A stretch of 64,000 nt of DNA from an uncultured Holophagales bacterium (GTDB lineage Bacteria; Acidobacteriota; Thermoanaerobaculia; Multivoradales; UBA5704), in NCBI GenBank assembly GCA_963842525.1, contig CAWJGT010000001.1:672001-736000 (forward strand), read 5' to 3'. Positions 20,169-30,724 of the stretch are shown one piece after another. Both the position numbers and the translations under genes were made by a program. A model generated the notes under the pieces. It was not told where the DNA came from. It saw nothing but the letters and a program-made list of their open reading frames with translations, and did no database searches. Within the stretch, counting starts at the first letter, position 1; every line of letters begins with the position of its first letter.

Positions 20169-20195
20169 AGCGGGGCGTGCTGGGCACGCCCCGCT
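20169..20195. terminator. Perfect 12-bp hairpin downstream of the CHRD gene
   Basis: AGCGGGGCGTGC-TGG-GCACGCCCCGCT. Confidence 0.55.
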
Positions 20196-20209
20196 TTCAG
20201 CTCCGGCTG

Positions 20210-20749
20210 CTACGGCGTCGGCGTGAACCTCACTTGGCCGCGGATCTCGCCGCCTGGGAACTTGGTGCTGTGGACGTTGACGTAGGTCGCTCCAGAGCGC
20301 ATGGCTCGCAGCAGGGCCTTGATCTGTTGTGCCCCGATGCCCTGGTTCGCGGCGCCGGCTCCGACGTTGGCGGCGGTGAAGGTGCCCGTGAGATGGGCGG
20401 GCGGCGCCGGGCAGGCCGGCGTCCCGGCCGGCGGGTTGGGGAGGTTGGAGCAGAAGAAGATGACGATCGCGCCGTTGACGTGCTGCTCGGCGAAGTGGAT
20501 GTGCGCCTGCGTGACGGGGGCGGACAGGTGGTCGAATGTAAGGTCCCACTCGATCGACGTGCCGGCCGCGTTCACCGTGGCCTCGAAGCGGCCGCCGCCA
20601 AAGGTGAAGATGGCGGGCACCTCGTTGAAGCCGGACAGGTCCGTGACCGCCGTGCCCCCGAAGTCAAGCGGCTGTGCGGCTGCCGGGAGGGCACCGGCCA
20701 GGGCGAGCAACGCGATGCAGGCGAGAGGGGCGAGGGAGAAGCGCTTCAT
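20210..20749 (-). CDS. Secreted CHRD-domain protein
   Basis: Signal peptide; LSGFNEVP, TQAHIH and YVNVHSTKFPGGEIRGQ. AAAGGAGG RBS. Confidence 0.9.
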   Translation of the reverse strand: MKRFSLAPLACIALLALAGALPAAAQPLDFGGTAVTDLSGFNEVPAIFTFGGGRFEATVNAAGTSIEWDLTFDHLSAPVTQAHIHFAEQHVNGAIVIFFCSNLPNPPAGTPACPAPPAHLTGTFTAANVGAGAANQGIGAQQIKALLRAMRSGATYVNVHSTKFPGGEIRGQVRFTPTP

Positions 20750-20959
20750 GACAGTCCTCCTTTCCGATTGTGAAACCACCTTCGAAACGGGGCGCCAAGG
20801 GGCGAACAGCGCGAGACCAGGAGAGTATCTCCATCTATGGTTTGTCGCAAGATTTCAGCGCATGGTTCAATCAGAGCACGGAAATGCCCCCGGAGCGGTG
20901 TTCGAACCACCCCGGGGGCTATATAGAACGGGGGGTCAGATACCCCGGATCCAGTCGGC

Positions 20960-23900
20960 TCAGGCGGCTGCGGCGGGCTCTTCCTCCGGGGCCGCCGGGC
21001 GGCGGCGGCCGAAGAGGCGGGCGATACGTGCGAAGGGCCGCCACTCCACAATGTCATCGAACAAGCTATATGCGACCGGCGTGCCAAGCAGGGTGAGCAG
21101 CAGCGCCATGGTCTGGCCGCCCATGATCACCGAGCCGATGGCCCGGTTGGTGCCCGCGCCGGTGCCCGAGGAGGCGACCAGCGGGATCATGCCGGCCACA
21201 AAGGCCAGCGTAGTCATGAGGATCGGCCGCAACCTGTCGCGGTTGGCCAGCCGGATCGCCTCCGCCCGCGGCAGGCCCTTGGCCCGCAGGCCGATGGTGT
21301 GGTCGATCTGCAGGATGCTGTTCTTCTTTACAATCCCGAAGAGCACCAGGATGCCCAGCGACGAGAAGATGTTCACCGACTGGTCGAGCAGCACCAGCGA
21401 CAGGAGAGCGAACGGCACCGTCATGGGCAGCGCCAGCAGGATGGTGACCGGGTGGAGCCAGCTCTCGAACTGGGCGGCCAGGATCAGGTACATGAAGACG
21501 ATCGACAGCAGGAAGGCGATCATGAAGTTCCGCGCCGCCTTACCCTGCTCGCGCGACCGGCCGGTGAAGCCGTAGGAGTAGGCGGACGGCATCTTGAGGT
21601 CCTGCGCCTCCTGCATGAGGGCGTCGAGCACGGTCTGCGACGAATTGCCCGGCAGCATGTTGGCGTAGAGCATGACCTGCCGCCGCCGCGAGATGCGGTT
21701 GACCAGCGACGGGCCCTCGCCCTCTTCCATCGTCACCACGTCGCGGACGTTGACGGTGCCGCCGCGCATCGTCGGGATCTCGGCCTGTGCAATCCCCTGC
21801 GCGTCGCTCCGGTCGCTCTCCTCGGCCCGCACGTGCACCTCGTACTGCTCGCCGCCCTCCATGTAGCTGGTGATCTCCTGGCCGCCGACGAGGACGTTGA
21901 GGGTGGAGGCAATATCCTGCACGTTGACGCCCAGGTCCGCGGCCTTGGCGCGGTCGATGCGCACCCCGAGCTCGGGCTTGCCGACGATGAGGTTGGTATC
22001 GGGGTCGACCACGCCGGGCGTGGACTTGAGCCGGGCCATGAGCTTCTGGGAGTAGACCGTGAGCTGGTCGAGGTCCGGGCCGCCGATCCAGAACATGATC
22101 TCGGTGTTGATGCCGCCGCCGAAGGCGTTGACCTGCGACACCAGGGTGCGCAGGTTCAGGGCCGCGTACTGCGGCAGGATCTCCTTGCGGACCTTGTCCT
22201 GGATGTCGAACTGCGTGCTCTCGCGCTCTTTGACCGGCACGAGGCCGACATAGATGACCGCCAGGTTCTTGGTCTGCTGCGGGTCGTCGCCGATGGTGAG
22301 GACGGTCCGGTCGACGCCCGGGATCTTGCGGATCCGCGAGGCGATCGAGTTGCCGATCTTCTCCGTGGACTCCAGGCTCGACCCTTCCGGCACGCGCACC
22401 TGGACCTCGAACTGCGATTCGTCGTCGACCGGCAGGAAGGTCTTGTCCACGATCTTGAACAGCGGGCCCATGGAGAAGAATACGCCCAGCATGAGCAGGA
22501 CGATGACCCAGCGGTGGGCCATGGACCAGTCGAGGAGCGCCAGGTAGCCGCGCTCGACGAGGGCGTAGGGGCCGCGGCGGCTGCCCGCCTCCACGGCGTG
22601 CTCCCGTTCGGCATGGCTTTCGTCCTCGTCCTCCTTCTTTTCGACCGGGCGCAGCCAGCGCGAGCACATCATCGGCGTCAGGGTGAAGCTGACCAGCAGC
22701 GACACGGCCACGGCAGCCGCCATGGTGACGCCGAACGAGTTCATGAAGCGGCCGACGATGCCGCCCATGAAGGCCACGGGCAGGAAGACCGCGATCAGGG
22801 ACAGCGAGGTGGCGAGGACCGCGAGCGCGATCTCGCCGGTGCCGTGGAGGGCGGCCTCCCGTGGCGTCATCTTCTTCTCTTCGAGGAAGCGGAAGATGTT
22901 TTCCAGCACCACCACGGCGTCGTCGATCACGATGCCCACCACCAGGGCGAGCGCCAGCAGGGTGATGACGTTGAGCGTGAAATCCATGTACTGCATCACG
23001 CCGAAGGTGGCGATGAGCGAGGTGGGGATCGCCACGGCCGAGATGATGGTCAGGCGGAACTTCTTGAGGAAGAGGAGCACGATCAGCGAGGCGAGCAGGG
23101 CGCCCAGGACCAGATGCTCCTGCACCGCGGCGACCGCGGCATGGATGTACTCCGACTGGTCGCGGACGACGGTCATGTCCCAGCCTTTGGGGAGCTGGCT
23201 GCGGAGCAACTCGATGCGCTCCTTGACGCGCTCGATGACCTCGGCCGTGTTGGTGCCTGACTGCTTGCGGACCTGGAGCACCACCGCGGGCCTGCCGTCC
23301 ACCCGGGCAATGGTCGCCGGCTCGGCGATGCTGTCCTCGACGCGGGCGACGTCGCGCACCTTGACGGGGTAGCCGTTGCGGGGCGCGATCGCGATGTCGC
23401 CGAATTCCGCCGGGTTGGCGACGCGGCCGTAGGTGCGCAGGGTCAGGTCGCGCAGCCCCTGCTCCACCTGGCCGCCGGGGATCTGGACGTTCTGCGCCTG
23501 GAGAGCGCGGACGAGGTCGGCCACGGTCAGCCCCATGGCGGCGAGCTTGTTGGTGTCAGCAACGATATTGATCTGCCGCGGCTGGCCGCCGATGATGCGT
23601 ACCTGGCCGACGCCCAAAGTCGATTCAATCTGGCGCTTCAAGACCTTGTCCGCCAGCTCGGTGACCTCGCGGGTCGGGGCCGGGCCGGCCAAGGCGATCG
23701 AAAGGACCGGCGAGGCGTCGGCGTCGATCTTCGAAATGACCGGCGGATCGGCCTGGCGCGGCAGCTCTGCGAGGATGGTGTTGACCTTGTCCCGGACCTC
23801 CTGGGCCGCCACGTCGCCGTCTTTCTCCAGGTCGAACTGGATGTTGACGATCGAGATGCCCTCCGAGGAGGTGGACATGAGCTGGTCGATGCCGCTGATG

Positions 23901-24121
23901 GTGTTGACCGCCTCCTCGATCTTGTCGGTGACGTCGGTCTCCATCTCCTCCGGTCCGGCTCCGATCAGCCGCGTGGTGACCGTGACCATCGGGAAGTCGA
24001 CCTTGGGGAAGCGGTCCACGCCCAGGCTGAAGTAGGCGACCATGCCCACCACGACCAGGGCGAGGATGAGCACCGTCGCGAAGACCGGACGGCGGATGCA
24101 GATCTCGGCGAGCTTTTTCAT
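20960..24121 (-). CDS. RND efflux permease (AcrB/AcrD/AcrF family)
   Basis: 1053 aa; IRRPVFA start, [23 protein letters not shown] and RLRPILMTT. Confidence 0.95.
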   Translation of the reverse strand: MKKLAEICIRRPVFATVLILALVVVGMVAYFSLGVDRFPKVDFPMVTVTTRLIGAGPEEMETDVTDKIEEAVNTISGIDQLMSTSSEGISIVNIQFDLEKDGDVAAQEVRDKVNTILAELPRQADPPVISKIDADASPVLSIALAGPAPTREVTELADKVLKRQIESTLGVGQVRIIGGQPRQINIVADTNKLAAMGLTVADLVRALQAQNVQIPGGQVEQGLRDLTLRTYGRVANPAEFGDIAIAPRNGYPVKVRDVARVEDSIAEPATIARVDGRPAVVLQVRKQSGTNTAEVIERVKERIELLRSQLPKGWDMTVVRDQSEYIHAAVAAVQEHLVLGALLASLIVLLFLKKFRLTIISAVAIPTSLIATFGVMQYMDFTLNVITLLALALVVGIVIDDAVVVLENIFRFLEEKKMTPREAALHGTGEIALAVLATSLSLIAVFLPVAFMGGIVGRFMNSFGVTMAAAVAVSLLVSFTLTPMMCSRWLRPVEKKEDEDESHAEREHAVEAGSRRGPYALVERGYLALLDWSMAHRWVIVLLMLGVFFSMGPLFKIVDKTFLPVDDESQFEVQVRVPEGSSLESTEKIGNSIASRIRKIPGVDRTVLTIGDDPQQTKNLAVIYVGLVPVKERESTQFDIQDKVRKEILPQYAALNLRTLVSQVNAFGGGINTEIMFWIGGPDLDQLTVYSQKLMARLKSTPGVVDPDTNLIVGKPELGVRIDRAKAADLGVNVQDIASTLNVLVGGQEITSYMEGGEQYEVHVRAEESDRSDAQGIAQAEIPTMRGGTVNVRDVVTMEEGEGPSLVNRISRRRQVMLYANMLPGNSSQTVLDALMQEAQDLKMPSAYSYGFTGRSREQGKAARNFMIAFLLSIVFMYLILAAQFESWLHPVTILLALPMTVPFALLSLVLLDQSVNIFSSLGILVLFGIVKKNSILQIDHTIGLRAKGLPRAEAIRLANRDRLRPILMTTLAFVAGMIPLVASSGTGAGTNRAIGSVIMGGQTMALLLTLLGTPVAYSLFDDIVEWRPFARIARLFGRRRPAAPEEEPAAAA

Positions 24122-24139
24122 CTCACGTCTCCTCGCGGC

Positions 24140-25102
24140 TCACCCGCGGCCCGCGGCGCTGGGCTCCCGCCGGGAATCGAGATCGATCTCGACCTTGGCG
24201 AAGAGGCCCGGCGACAGACGGCCGTCACGGTTGGAAAACTCGGTCTCGACCGCGACGGTGCGGGTCGAGGAGTCGACGACGCCGCCCACCAGGGTCACCC
24301 GGCCGGTGAAGGTCTCGCCCGGATACGGATCGACCGTGGCGGTCACCTTCTGACCCTCGCGCACCTGCGAGAGGTAGCGCTCGGGCAGCCGGAACCGCAG
24401 CTTGATCGGCGCGGTCTGGACGATCACGAAGGCGACGGTGGCTTCGCCCAGGCGCTCGCCGACGTCGGTCCGCTTCTCGGCCACCACGCCGGTCAGGGGC
24501 GAATGGAGCGTGGAGTCGGCGAGCCGCTGGCGCGCCAGGTCGCGGGCGGCCTCGGCAGCCTCGACCCCGGCCTGGGCGGTCTGGTAGCTGCTCTGCGAGC
24601 GGTCGTAGGCGGCGCGGGAGACCGAGTCCTTGGCGACCAGCTCCTCCTTGCGGTGGAAGTCGCGCTCCGCCTCGGCCGCGGCGGCCTTGGCCTGGGCCAC
24701 CTCGGCGTCGGCCCGCTTGAGGTCGAGGGACAGGTATTGGGTCTCGATCTGGAGCAGCGGCTGGCCCCTGCGGACCCGCGAGCCTTCGTCGACGAACATC
24801 CGTCCGACCCGGCCGGGCACGCGCACGGCGACCTCGGAGCTCACCGGCGCCACGAGCTCGCCGGTGGCCGACACCAAGCCTCCGTCTCCCTCCTCCACGA
24901 CCGGCGCGCCGGCAGCGTTCCCGTTCTGCGGCCGGGCGAGGCCGGCCACGTCCTTCACGTCATCCGGCAGAGGCGGCGGGGTCGTCTCCACGGCGGCATT
25001 CGGGGTCTCGGGCGCGCCCTCCGAGGCGTCCGAGCCGCACGCCGTCAGCCCTGCGACGGGCAATAACAACAACAACGATATCGAGAGAAGCTGACGCTTC
25101 AT
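24140..25102 (-). CDS. RND periplasmic adaptor (membrane fusion protein), lipoprotein
   Basis: Lipobox LTAC, lipoyl/hairpin motifs (VDEGSRVRRGQPL) and LSPGLFAKV. Confidence 0.92.
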   Translation of the reverse strand: MKRQLLSISLLLLLPVAGLTACGSDASEGAPETPNAAVETTPPPLPDDVKDVAGLARPQNGNAAGAPVVEEGDGGLVSATGELVAPVSSEVAVRVPGRVGRMFVDEGSRVRRGQPLLQIETQYLSLDLKRADAEVAQAKAAAAEAERDFHRKEELVAKDSVSRAAYDRSQSSYQTAQAGVEAAEAARDLARQRLADSTLHSPLTGVVAEKRTDVGERLGEATVAFVIVQTAPIKLRFRLPERYLSQVREGQKVTATVDPYPGETFTGRVTLVGGVVDSSTRTVAVETEFSNRDGRLSPGLFAKVEIDLDSRREPSAAGRG

Positions 25103-26418
25103 TGCAAACCCTCCGGGGAAAAAGTCTTTTTCAACAGCCCGGCAGCGGCCCAGACCTGCAGCTCCGCCAGGTTGCGGTCGAGCTGGCTCGTGGCCACGGC
25201 ACGGCGGGCTTCCGCGAGAGATGTTTCGGCGGCCTCGGCCTCCAGGGAGGTCAGCTCCTGGGCGCGGTACAGCTCATTGGCCTGGGCGTATTCGGCCTCG
25301 GCGGCGGCGAGCTCCTCGCGGGCGAGCTGCAGGCTGGCTGCGGAGGTCTCGAGCGCCACCAGGGCCTGGCGCACCTCCTCGCGCACGGCCTGCTCCGCCT
25401 GCTGCACCTGGAACCCGGCCTGCCGTTCGCGCTCCTGGGCGGTGATCACCCGCCCCTTGATCTCGCCGCTGGAGAAGATCGGAACGTTCACGCGCAGCGA
25501 GAGCTGCCCGTACTGATCGGACGGGAAGGCCGAACGCTGGCTGATCCATGCGCCGTCCGCCGTGACCAGCGGCAGGTAGGCCCCCTTCTGCTTGCCGATT
25601 TCCAGGTGGGCGATCTCCTGGGCGGTCCGGGCCTGGACCACCTCGGGACGGATCTGCGCCGCCGAGGCCAGCAGCTCCGGTTCGGAGGGAAGCGGCGGAA
25701 AGACGTCCCCGGGGTCGGTCACCTGGAGCGGCGCGTCGAGCGCAAGATCGAGCCGCAGCCGGCCGACCGCGGCCTCGCGGGACTGCCGGGCCGCGGCCAA
25801 GCGCCGCTCGGCGCCCTTGATATCGGCCTCGGCGCGCAGGACGTCCACCCGCGTGGACTCGCCGGCCTCGAAGAAGATCTGCGCCTGATCGCGCCGGCGG
25901 CGGGCCAGATCGACGTTCATCTGCTCGACGGAGAGCAGCTCTTCGGCTTCCAGGATGGCGAGGTAGTTGGCGACCACGCTGGCGATCACCTGGTCCTCGG
26001 CGTCGGAGAGCCCCTGGCGGGCGCTCTCGATGCCGAGCCGGGCCTGCTGGATCGCCTTGCGCTCGCGGTTGCCGGCGTAGACCGGCTGCGAAACGACCAG
26101 GCGGTAGCTCCAGTCGTTCTCGGGAAGGATCGTGCGCGCGTCCTCTCCTGACCCGAAGGCGACCTCCTGGTCATTGCGGGTGACGTTCCCTTGGAGGTTG
26201 ATCTTCGGGAGGATGGCCGAGAAGGTCACGCGTTCCTGGGCCTGGAGCGCCGACACCTCGGACCGCGTCCGGCCCAGGAACGGGTTCTCGGTCAGGGCCC
26301 GGCGCAGGGCCTCGGGCAGCGTCAGAGTCACAGGCGATGCCGGGGTCGTGGGCGGGGAGACCTGCGCCGCCACCGTGGACGGCAACAATAAAAGGAACAA
26401 CAAGGCTCCGGATTTCAA
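25099..26418 (-). CDS. TolC-family outer-membrane efflux protein
   Basis: Signal peptide, LTLPEALRRALTENP and two OEP repeats; overlaps the MFP start. Confidence 0.9.
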   Translation of the reverse strand: MKSGALLFLLLLPSTVAAQVSPPTTPASPVTLTLPEALRRALTENPFLGRTRSEVSALQAQERVTFSAILPKINLQGNVTRNDQEVAFGSGEDARTILPENDWSYRLVVSQPVYAGNRERKAIQQARLGIESARQGLSDAEDQVIASVVANYLAILEAEELLSVEQMNVDLARRRRDQAQIFFEAGESTRVDVLRAEADIKGAERRLAAARQSREAAVGRLRLDLALDAPLQVTDPGDVFPPLPSEPELLASAAQIRPEVVQARTAQEIAHLEIGKQKGAYLPLVTADGAWISQRSAFPSDQYGQLSLRVNVPIFSSGEIKGRVITAQERERQAGFQVQQAEQAVREEVRQALVALETSAASLQLAREELAAAEAEYAQANELYRAQELTSLEAEAAETSLAEARRAVATSQLDRNLAELQVWAAAGLLKKTFSPEGLQ

Positions 26419-26443
26419 GTGGAAGATCTCCTTGGACAGGGGC

Positions 26444-27097
26444 CTAGGGCGCGGCAGGCGCCCGCAGGCCCGCAGAGAGAAACGGAATCAAATAGCCGAG
26501 GGCCTCATCCGGGTCCGCCGCCTGGCAGAGCCCTCTGGAGTACTGCTCCAGCAGATTGCCGCAGCCGACCGTGTGAACCATGGCGCCGGCCACGAAGTGA
26601 AAGCGCCAGAGCACCTCGGGCTCGGACAGGTGCGGCAGGATGTGCTGGAGAGCGGCGGAGAAGCGGCGGATCATCTCGCCGAACTCCTCCATCACCACCG
26701 CCTGCACCTCCTCCGACGGCTCGGCGAAGGCGCGGCCCATCAACCGGGCGAAGCTGCACGTCCGGCCGTGTCCCTCGCGGGCCCTCCTGCGCAGCAAGGG
26801 CGCAAGAAAGGCGCTCAGAACCTGCTCCACGGCATCCTCCGCCTCCAGGCCGCAGGCGTCGAGCAAGCGCAGCCGCTCCTCGTTGAGGGGCTTGATCCGG
26901 CGCGAGAACACGGCGCGGACCAGCCCCTCTTTGGATCCGAAGTGATAGTGGACCGCCGCCAGGTTGGCGCCGGCCCGCTGGGTGATCATCCGCAACGAAG
27001 CCGCCTGGATGCCGTGCTCGGCGAACAGGCCCTCGGCCGCGTCGAGCAGACTCTCGCGGGTATCAACAGGCTCGGTTTGCGTCTCAGTGCTGATCAT
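26444..27097 (-). CDS. TetR/AcrR-family regulator
   Basis: TRESLLDAAEGLFAEHGIQAASLRMITQRAGANLAAVHYHFGSKEGL HTH. Confidence 0.92.
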   Translation of the reverse strand: MISTETQTEPVDTRESLLDAAEGLFAEHGIQAASLRMITQRAGANLAAVHYHFGSKEGLVRAVFSRRIKPLNEERLRLLDACGLEAEDAVEQVLSAFLAPLLRRRAREGHGRTCSFARLMGRAFAEPSEEVQAVVMEEFGEMIRRFSAALQHILPHLSEPEVLWRFHFVAGAMVHTVGCGNLLEQYSRGLCQAADPDEALGYLIPFLSAGLRAPAAP

Positions 27098-27100
27098 TGG

Positions 27101-27159
27101 TTCAAACGTCCGTTTCAAACGAACGTTTGAACTATGGCGGGGATTCCCGCGGCTGTCAA
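27101..27159 (-). promoter_or_regulatory. Sigma70 promoter and TetR operator of the efflux operon
   Basis: Minus strand TTGACA(27159-27154)-N17-CATAGT(27136-27131). Immediately downstream are overlapping palindromes TTCAAACGTCCGTTTCAAACGAACGTTTGAA (27101-27131). Confidence 0.75.
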
Positions 27160-27335
27160 GCCCTCTCGTGGATCACCACCCGGACCGTCCCCAGCCCGAC
27201 GCGCCCATACTATCCGCATGAAGTGCAAAGAAGCCGCGGAATCCTCTTGACACTCGCTGGAGGGTAGTTCATCATCCTGACATAGTCGTTGGATGCTTCA
27301 CCCGGATCATTCGCTATTCGTTGAAGGAGAAGGAC

Positions 27336-27734
27336 ATGGCTGAACATACCTATGTAGGGAAGCTGGGCGTTCTGGCGCGATTCATCGCCGCGCTGGTCGC
27401 CAGCGCTGCCAACGTCCTCCACCTGGACGGTCTTCGCGTCCGGATCGAGACGATCCTGGCCGAAGCGCAGGGAGTCGCGCGGGAGCAGGCCGCCCTCGTC
27501 GCCAGCAAGCAGGAGGCGAGCTGGCGCATCCGGACGCTGCTCACCGAAGGCGAAAGGCTGGCGACCGCGGCAGGCAAGATCCTCCAGAAGGACTACGGCC
27601 TGCGGTCGGAGAAGCTGGCGAAATTCCACCTGCAACCGTTCCGTGCCCGCAACCGCCCCAGCAAATCCAGGACGGCGCTCCAACCCCCGCCCAGCCCCAC
27701 CACTCTCGCGGCACTCGCGGTCGCCCTGCTGTAG
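27336..27734 (+). CDS. Small alpha-helical hypothetical protein
   Basis: AAGGAG/AGGA RBS; upstream TTGACA-N17-CATCAT (27247-27275); 132 aa, helical with a Pro-rich tail. Confidence 0.65.
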   Translation: MAEHTYVGKLGVLARFIAALVASAANVLHLDGLRVRIETILAEAQGVAREQAALVASKQEASWRIRTLLTEGERLATAAGKILQKDYGLRSEKLAKFHLQPFRARNRPSKSRTALQPPPSPTTLAALAVALL

Positions 27735-27788
27735 CGTCCACTCATCTCTCCCTTTTGTTCCGCTCCCTCTCCGAAGGCGCCCCTCGCT

Positions 27789-28284
27789 GTATAAGCGTAC
27801 CCACCGCAGAGATCGGTATCCACGCCAGCGTAAGCTTATCCACCGCAGATAAGCGTATCCGAGCCAGCGTAAGCTTATCTGGCGTAGATAACACTATCCG
27901 GCGCAGATAAGCTTATCCACGCCAGTGTAAGCTTATCCAGCGCAGATAAGCTTATCTGGCGCAGATAACGTTATCCAGCACGGATAAGCTTATCCGCCGC
28001 AGATAACACTATCCGCCGCGGATAAGCGTATCCAGGCCAGTGTAAGCTTATCTGGCGCGGATAACGCTTATCCGCCGCGGATAACGTTATCTGGCGTGGA
28101 TAAGCTTATCCGGCGTAGATAACACTATCCGCCGCGGATAAGCTTATCCAGGCCAGTGTAAGCTTATCTGGCATGGATAACAGTATCTGCCGCGGATAAC
28201 GTTATCTGCGCTGGATAAGCTTATCTGCCGCAGATACGCCTATCCAGGACGTCGTATGCTTATCTGGAGCGGATGGCGGTATCC
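27789..28284. repeat. About 26-unit, ~19-bp tandem array with palindromic core GATAAGCTTATC
   Basis: Cores GATAAGCTTATC, GATAACGTTATC, GATAACACTATC and GTAAGCTTATC separated by 7-9 bp GC-rich linkers (CGCCGCA, TGGCGCA, CAGGCCAGT). Confidence 0.92.
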
Positions 28285-28478
28285 CCAGCCGATATCTTCC
28301 AACGCATAAATACGCGCCCAAGGACGACGGCAGCTCTACTTCGCCAGTTACATGGAACCGCAAGTAGGATGTGTAGACCCGTATTCGCTGGGCTGGGAGG
28401 TCGGCGCGGGGTTCGGCGGCCTTTGCTTAGGCAACTTGCGAACTCTTGTTCTACAAGTGACGCGATCTGGCCGGGTCA

Positions 28479-29057
28479 TCAGCCGACATTGCCACAAGAA
28501 ACCCAAGGCCCATCATACCTTGAATAATGATACAGCGCGTACGCTGTTCTGCGCCAACTTCTTTGCTTGCACGTCTCTTCCGCAAAGCTCTGGGCCGCCC
28601 TTTGCTCCTGCCGAATCGCTTCTGCGATCACTCCAATGGCCCCGCCCTTCTCGACCTGTGCGAACCTTAGTTCCTTCCCCGAGTGCCTCAAAGTTCCCCA
28701 GAACTGGAGAGGTGGTTCACGTTGTATTTGGAACTCGAAAATTTCATCTGGCTTGGTGTCCTGGCGAGGTATCTCAATTAGGACTGTTGGTCGCGAAACG
28801 TCGATAAGTCTCCAGCTTCCCTTTAGGCCGTCGAACAAGACGACATTGTCATCGTAAAGGCTAAATGAAATCTGCCGTGGCTCACGGACTCCCGCATTGC
28901 TGTCTAGATTTATGGTCGCTTCCCAGCGGCCGACCAGGAACGGCTCCAAAATAGGACCAATGCTCTTGCTGGTACACAGAACAATTCCCAGAACGGCAAG
29001 GACGACGGCACCCGACTTGGTACCAGCCAGAGCTTTCTTTACAGCTTCGTGTATCAC
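28479..29057 (-). CDS. Integron-cassette-like hypothetical membrane-anchored protein (paralog 2)
   Basis: Low-GC ORF with an N-terminal TM; clearly similar to 29165-29827 (EPFLVGRWEAT, LYDDNV, GVIAEAIR). Confidence 0.7.
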   Translation of the reverse strand: MIHEAVKKALAGTKSGAVVLAVLGIVLCTSKSIGPILEPFLVGRWEATINLDSNAGVREPRQISFSLYDDNVVLFDGLKGSWRLIDVSRPTVLIEIPRQDTKPDEIFEFQIQREPPLQFWGTLRHSGKELRFAQVEKGGAIGVIAEAIRQEQRAAQSFAEETCKQRSWRRTAYALYHYSRYDGPWVSCGNVG

Positions 29058-29095
29058 GGTAGTCCCCTTCCTCCCAAACAGGGTTTACTCTTGTC

Positions 29096-29170
29096 GCCGA
29101 ACGATATGTCGATGAGCGGCGGAACCGCACGATAGGGCGGTTTCCGTCCGCTCGATCGGCGGGGTTAGGC
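29096..29170 (-). other. Integron attC site (75 bp)
   Basis: Minus strand: R'' GCCTAAC, L'' GATCGAGCGG, internal stem, L' CCGCTCATC, R' GTTCGGC. The stop codon of the upstream gene lies within R''. Confidence 0.8.
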
Positions 29171-29827
29171 GGCATCCCTCCGTTTCTTCGGGCGTTGGGC
29201 CAGCAATAGCGAGTCACCTTTGGCTTCACGCGCTTGGGTCTTGTCGCTTGACTCTCCACCGCAAGAAATCCAGCCTTCATTCGTAAAGGACCAATGCCAA
29301 GCAGCGTATACAGTTCTGCGCCAGCCTGTTTGTTGGCATATCTTAACTACAAATTCTTTGTTCTGCCTCTGTTCCTCGCGAATGGCTTCCGCGATTACCC
29401 CAACGGCTCCACCCCTCTCGACCAGTCTAAATTTCAGTACGTTCCCCGAGTGCTTCATGGTGCCCGATAACTGGAGAAGTTCCTTCCGATAGATTTGCAG
29501 CTCGTAAAAGTCGTGTGGCTGGGCCTTATCTTGGCGAGGTGTCTCAATCAAAACTACTGACCGTGAGACGTCGGCGAATTTCCAGCTTTCTTTTATACCT
29601 TCAAACAAGGCGACATTGTCGTCATAGAGACTGAGTGAGATGTACCTTGACTCACGGTGCCCGGCGTTGCTATCCAGAGTCATGGTTGCTTCCCAGCGGC
29701 CTACCAGGAACGGCTCCAACATGGGGCCGATGCTTTTGCTGCTGCATAGAAATACGCCCAGGACAGCAATAACTATTGCCCCGTCCTTAGAACCAGCCAG
29801 TGCTTTCTTTGCAGCCTCGTATATCAC
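29165..29827 (-). CDS. Integron-cassette-like hypothetical membrane-anchored protein (paralog 1)
   Basis: Low-GC ORF preceded by a GTTCGGC core site (29867-29873) and ending with TAA inside the attC R'' box. Confidence 0.72.
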   Translation of the reverse strand: MIYEAAKKALAGSKDGAIVIAVLGVFLCSSKSIGPMLEPFLVGRWEATMTLDSNAGHRESRYISLSLYDDNVALFEGIKESWKFADVSRSVVLIETPRQDKAQPHDFYELQIYRKELLQLSGTMKHSGNVLKFRLVERGGAVGVIAEAIREEQRQNKEFVVKICQQTGWRRTVYAAWHWSFTNEGWISCGGESSDKTQAREAKGDSLLLAQRPKKRRDAA

Positions 29828-29995
29828 TTAGTTCCCCCTTCCTTCTGGGCAGGGTTTGTGCCTGCCGCCGAACCTTTTCCTCACAGATTCGCCGACACCC
29901 CGCCCACAGGCATATACGACACCACCTGCGGGTTGACTCTACGGCCATTCCACGGTGTCGAGCGTGCACGGTGCTCATCCTCTTCGACTTAGCGT

Positions 29996-30024
29996 ACTCT
30001 AACTCTCTTCCGTACCTGCGTCAA
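29996..30024 (-). promoter_or_regulatory. Sigma70-type promoter (Pc-like) upstream of the cassettes
   Basis: TTGACG(30024-30019)-N17-TAGAGT(30001-29996), pointing into the cassette array. Confidence 0.6.
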
Positions 30025-30083
30025 GACCGCCGGGGAAAACCCGGCAAGAGGCTATTGCATGGCGTGCTGTACCCGGATCCTCA

Positions 30084-30464
30084 TCAGACCTTCTCCACTA
30101 TGACGTCGTATGCGTATTGAGCGAGGGCGCCGAGATCGCCAGGGTCCGAGGTGAGCACCGTTCCGCCTGATTCGGCCAAGGCGACTACGAGCGCATCGAC
30201 TGCGGAGCCTCGCCGTGCCAGCCTCCGCAACTGCGCAGCTCGCCGTGCCAGCGGCTCGCCGATCTCCTCCACGATGTCGCACGTCTTCAGAAAGCTGTTT
30301 GAGAGAGCGTCGCGGCCCGGATGCCCGTGCAAACACTCTACGAGCACGATGGAGGGAACAAGGGGCGGCCACAGATCCTCTTCGCGAAACGCCAAGATCA
30401 GCGCTGCCACCTGCCGAGACCGCTCGGCCAGCCGGCTCACTCCGCCCGAATCGAGGACCAGCAC
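30084..30464 (-). CDS. PIN-domain (VapC-like) toxin
   Basis: LVLDSGG, VPSIVLVE, SAVDALVVA and VLTSDPGD carry the PIN acidic residues. Confidence 0.85.
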   Translation of the reverse strand: MLVLDSGGVSRLAERSRQVAALILAFREEDLWPPLVPSIVLVECLHGHPGRDALSNSFLKTCDIVEEIGEPLARRAAQLRRLARRGSAVDALVVALAESGGTVLTSDPGDLGALAQYAYDVIVEKV

Positions 30465-30469
30465 GACGG

Positions 30470-30724
30470 TCAGCCCACCTGACGGGTGGGTCGTTGCCGT
30501 CGCGCAAGCCGCCGCGCGACGGTGACGGCGCGTGTGCGCTGAGCTGCGGCAGGTGGCCCCACCTCGGCGACCAGATCCGCAATGTAGCGGTCGGTTTCGG
30601 TGAGCAATTCCAGCCGACGAAGCTCCGCACGCACAGCTTTCTGAAGCAGCTCCGAGGCCGGTAGACCGCGGGCCTTCACCAGTTCGTACAAGTCGTCGGG
30701 GAGGTAAACTTGCATGCGGGCCAT
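30470..30724 (-). CDS. Ribbon-helix-helix antitoxin (VapB/CcdA-like)
   Basis: MARMQVYLPDDLYELVKARGLPASELLQKAVRAEL, directly upstream of the PIN gene. Confidence 0.8.
   Translation of the reverse strand: MARMQVYLPDDLYELVKARGLPASELLQKAVRAELRRLELLTETDRYIADLVAEVGPPAAAQRTRAVTVARRLARRQRPTRQVG

Noticed and set aside
27789-28284. CRISPR or TIGR-type guide array
   Set aside because: The unit is only ~19 bp, the 7-9 bp linkers recur rather than being unique, and no cas or Nop-domain gene is nearby.
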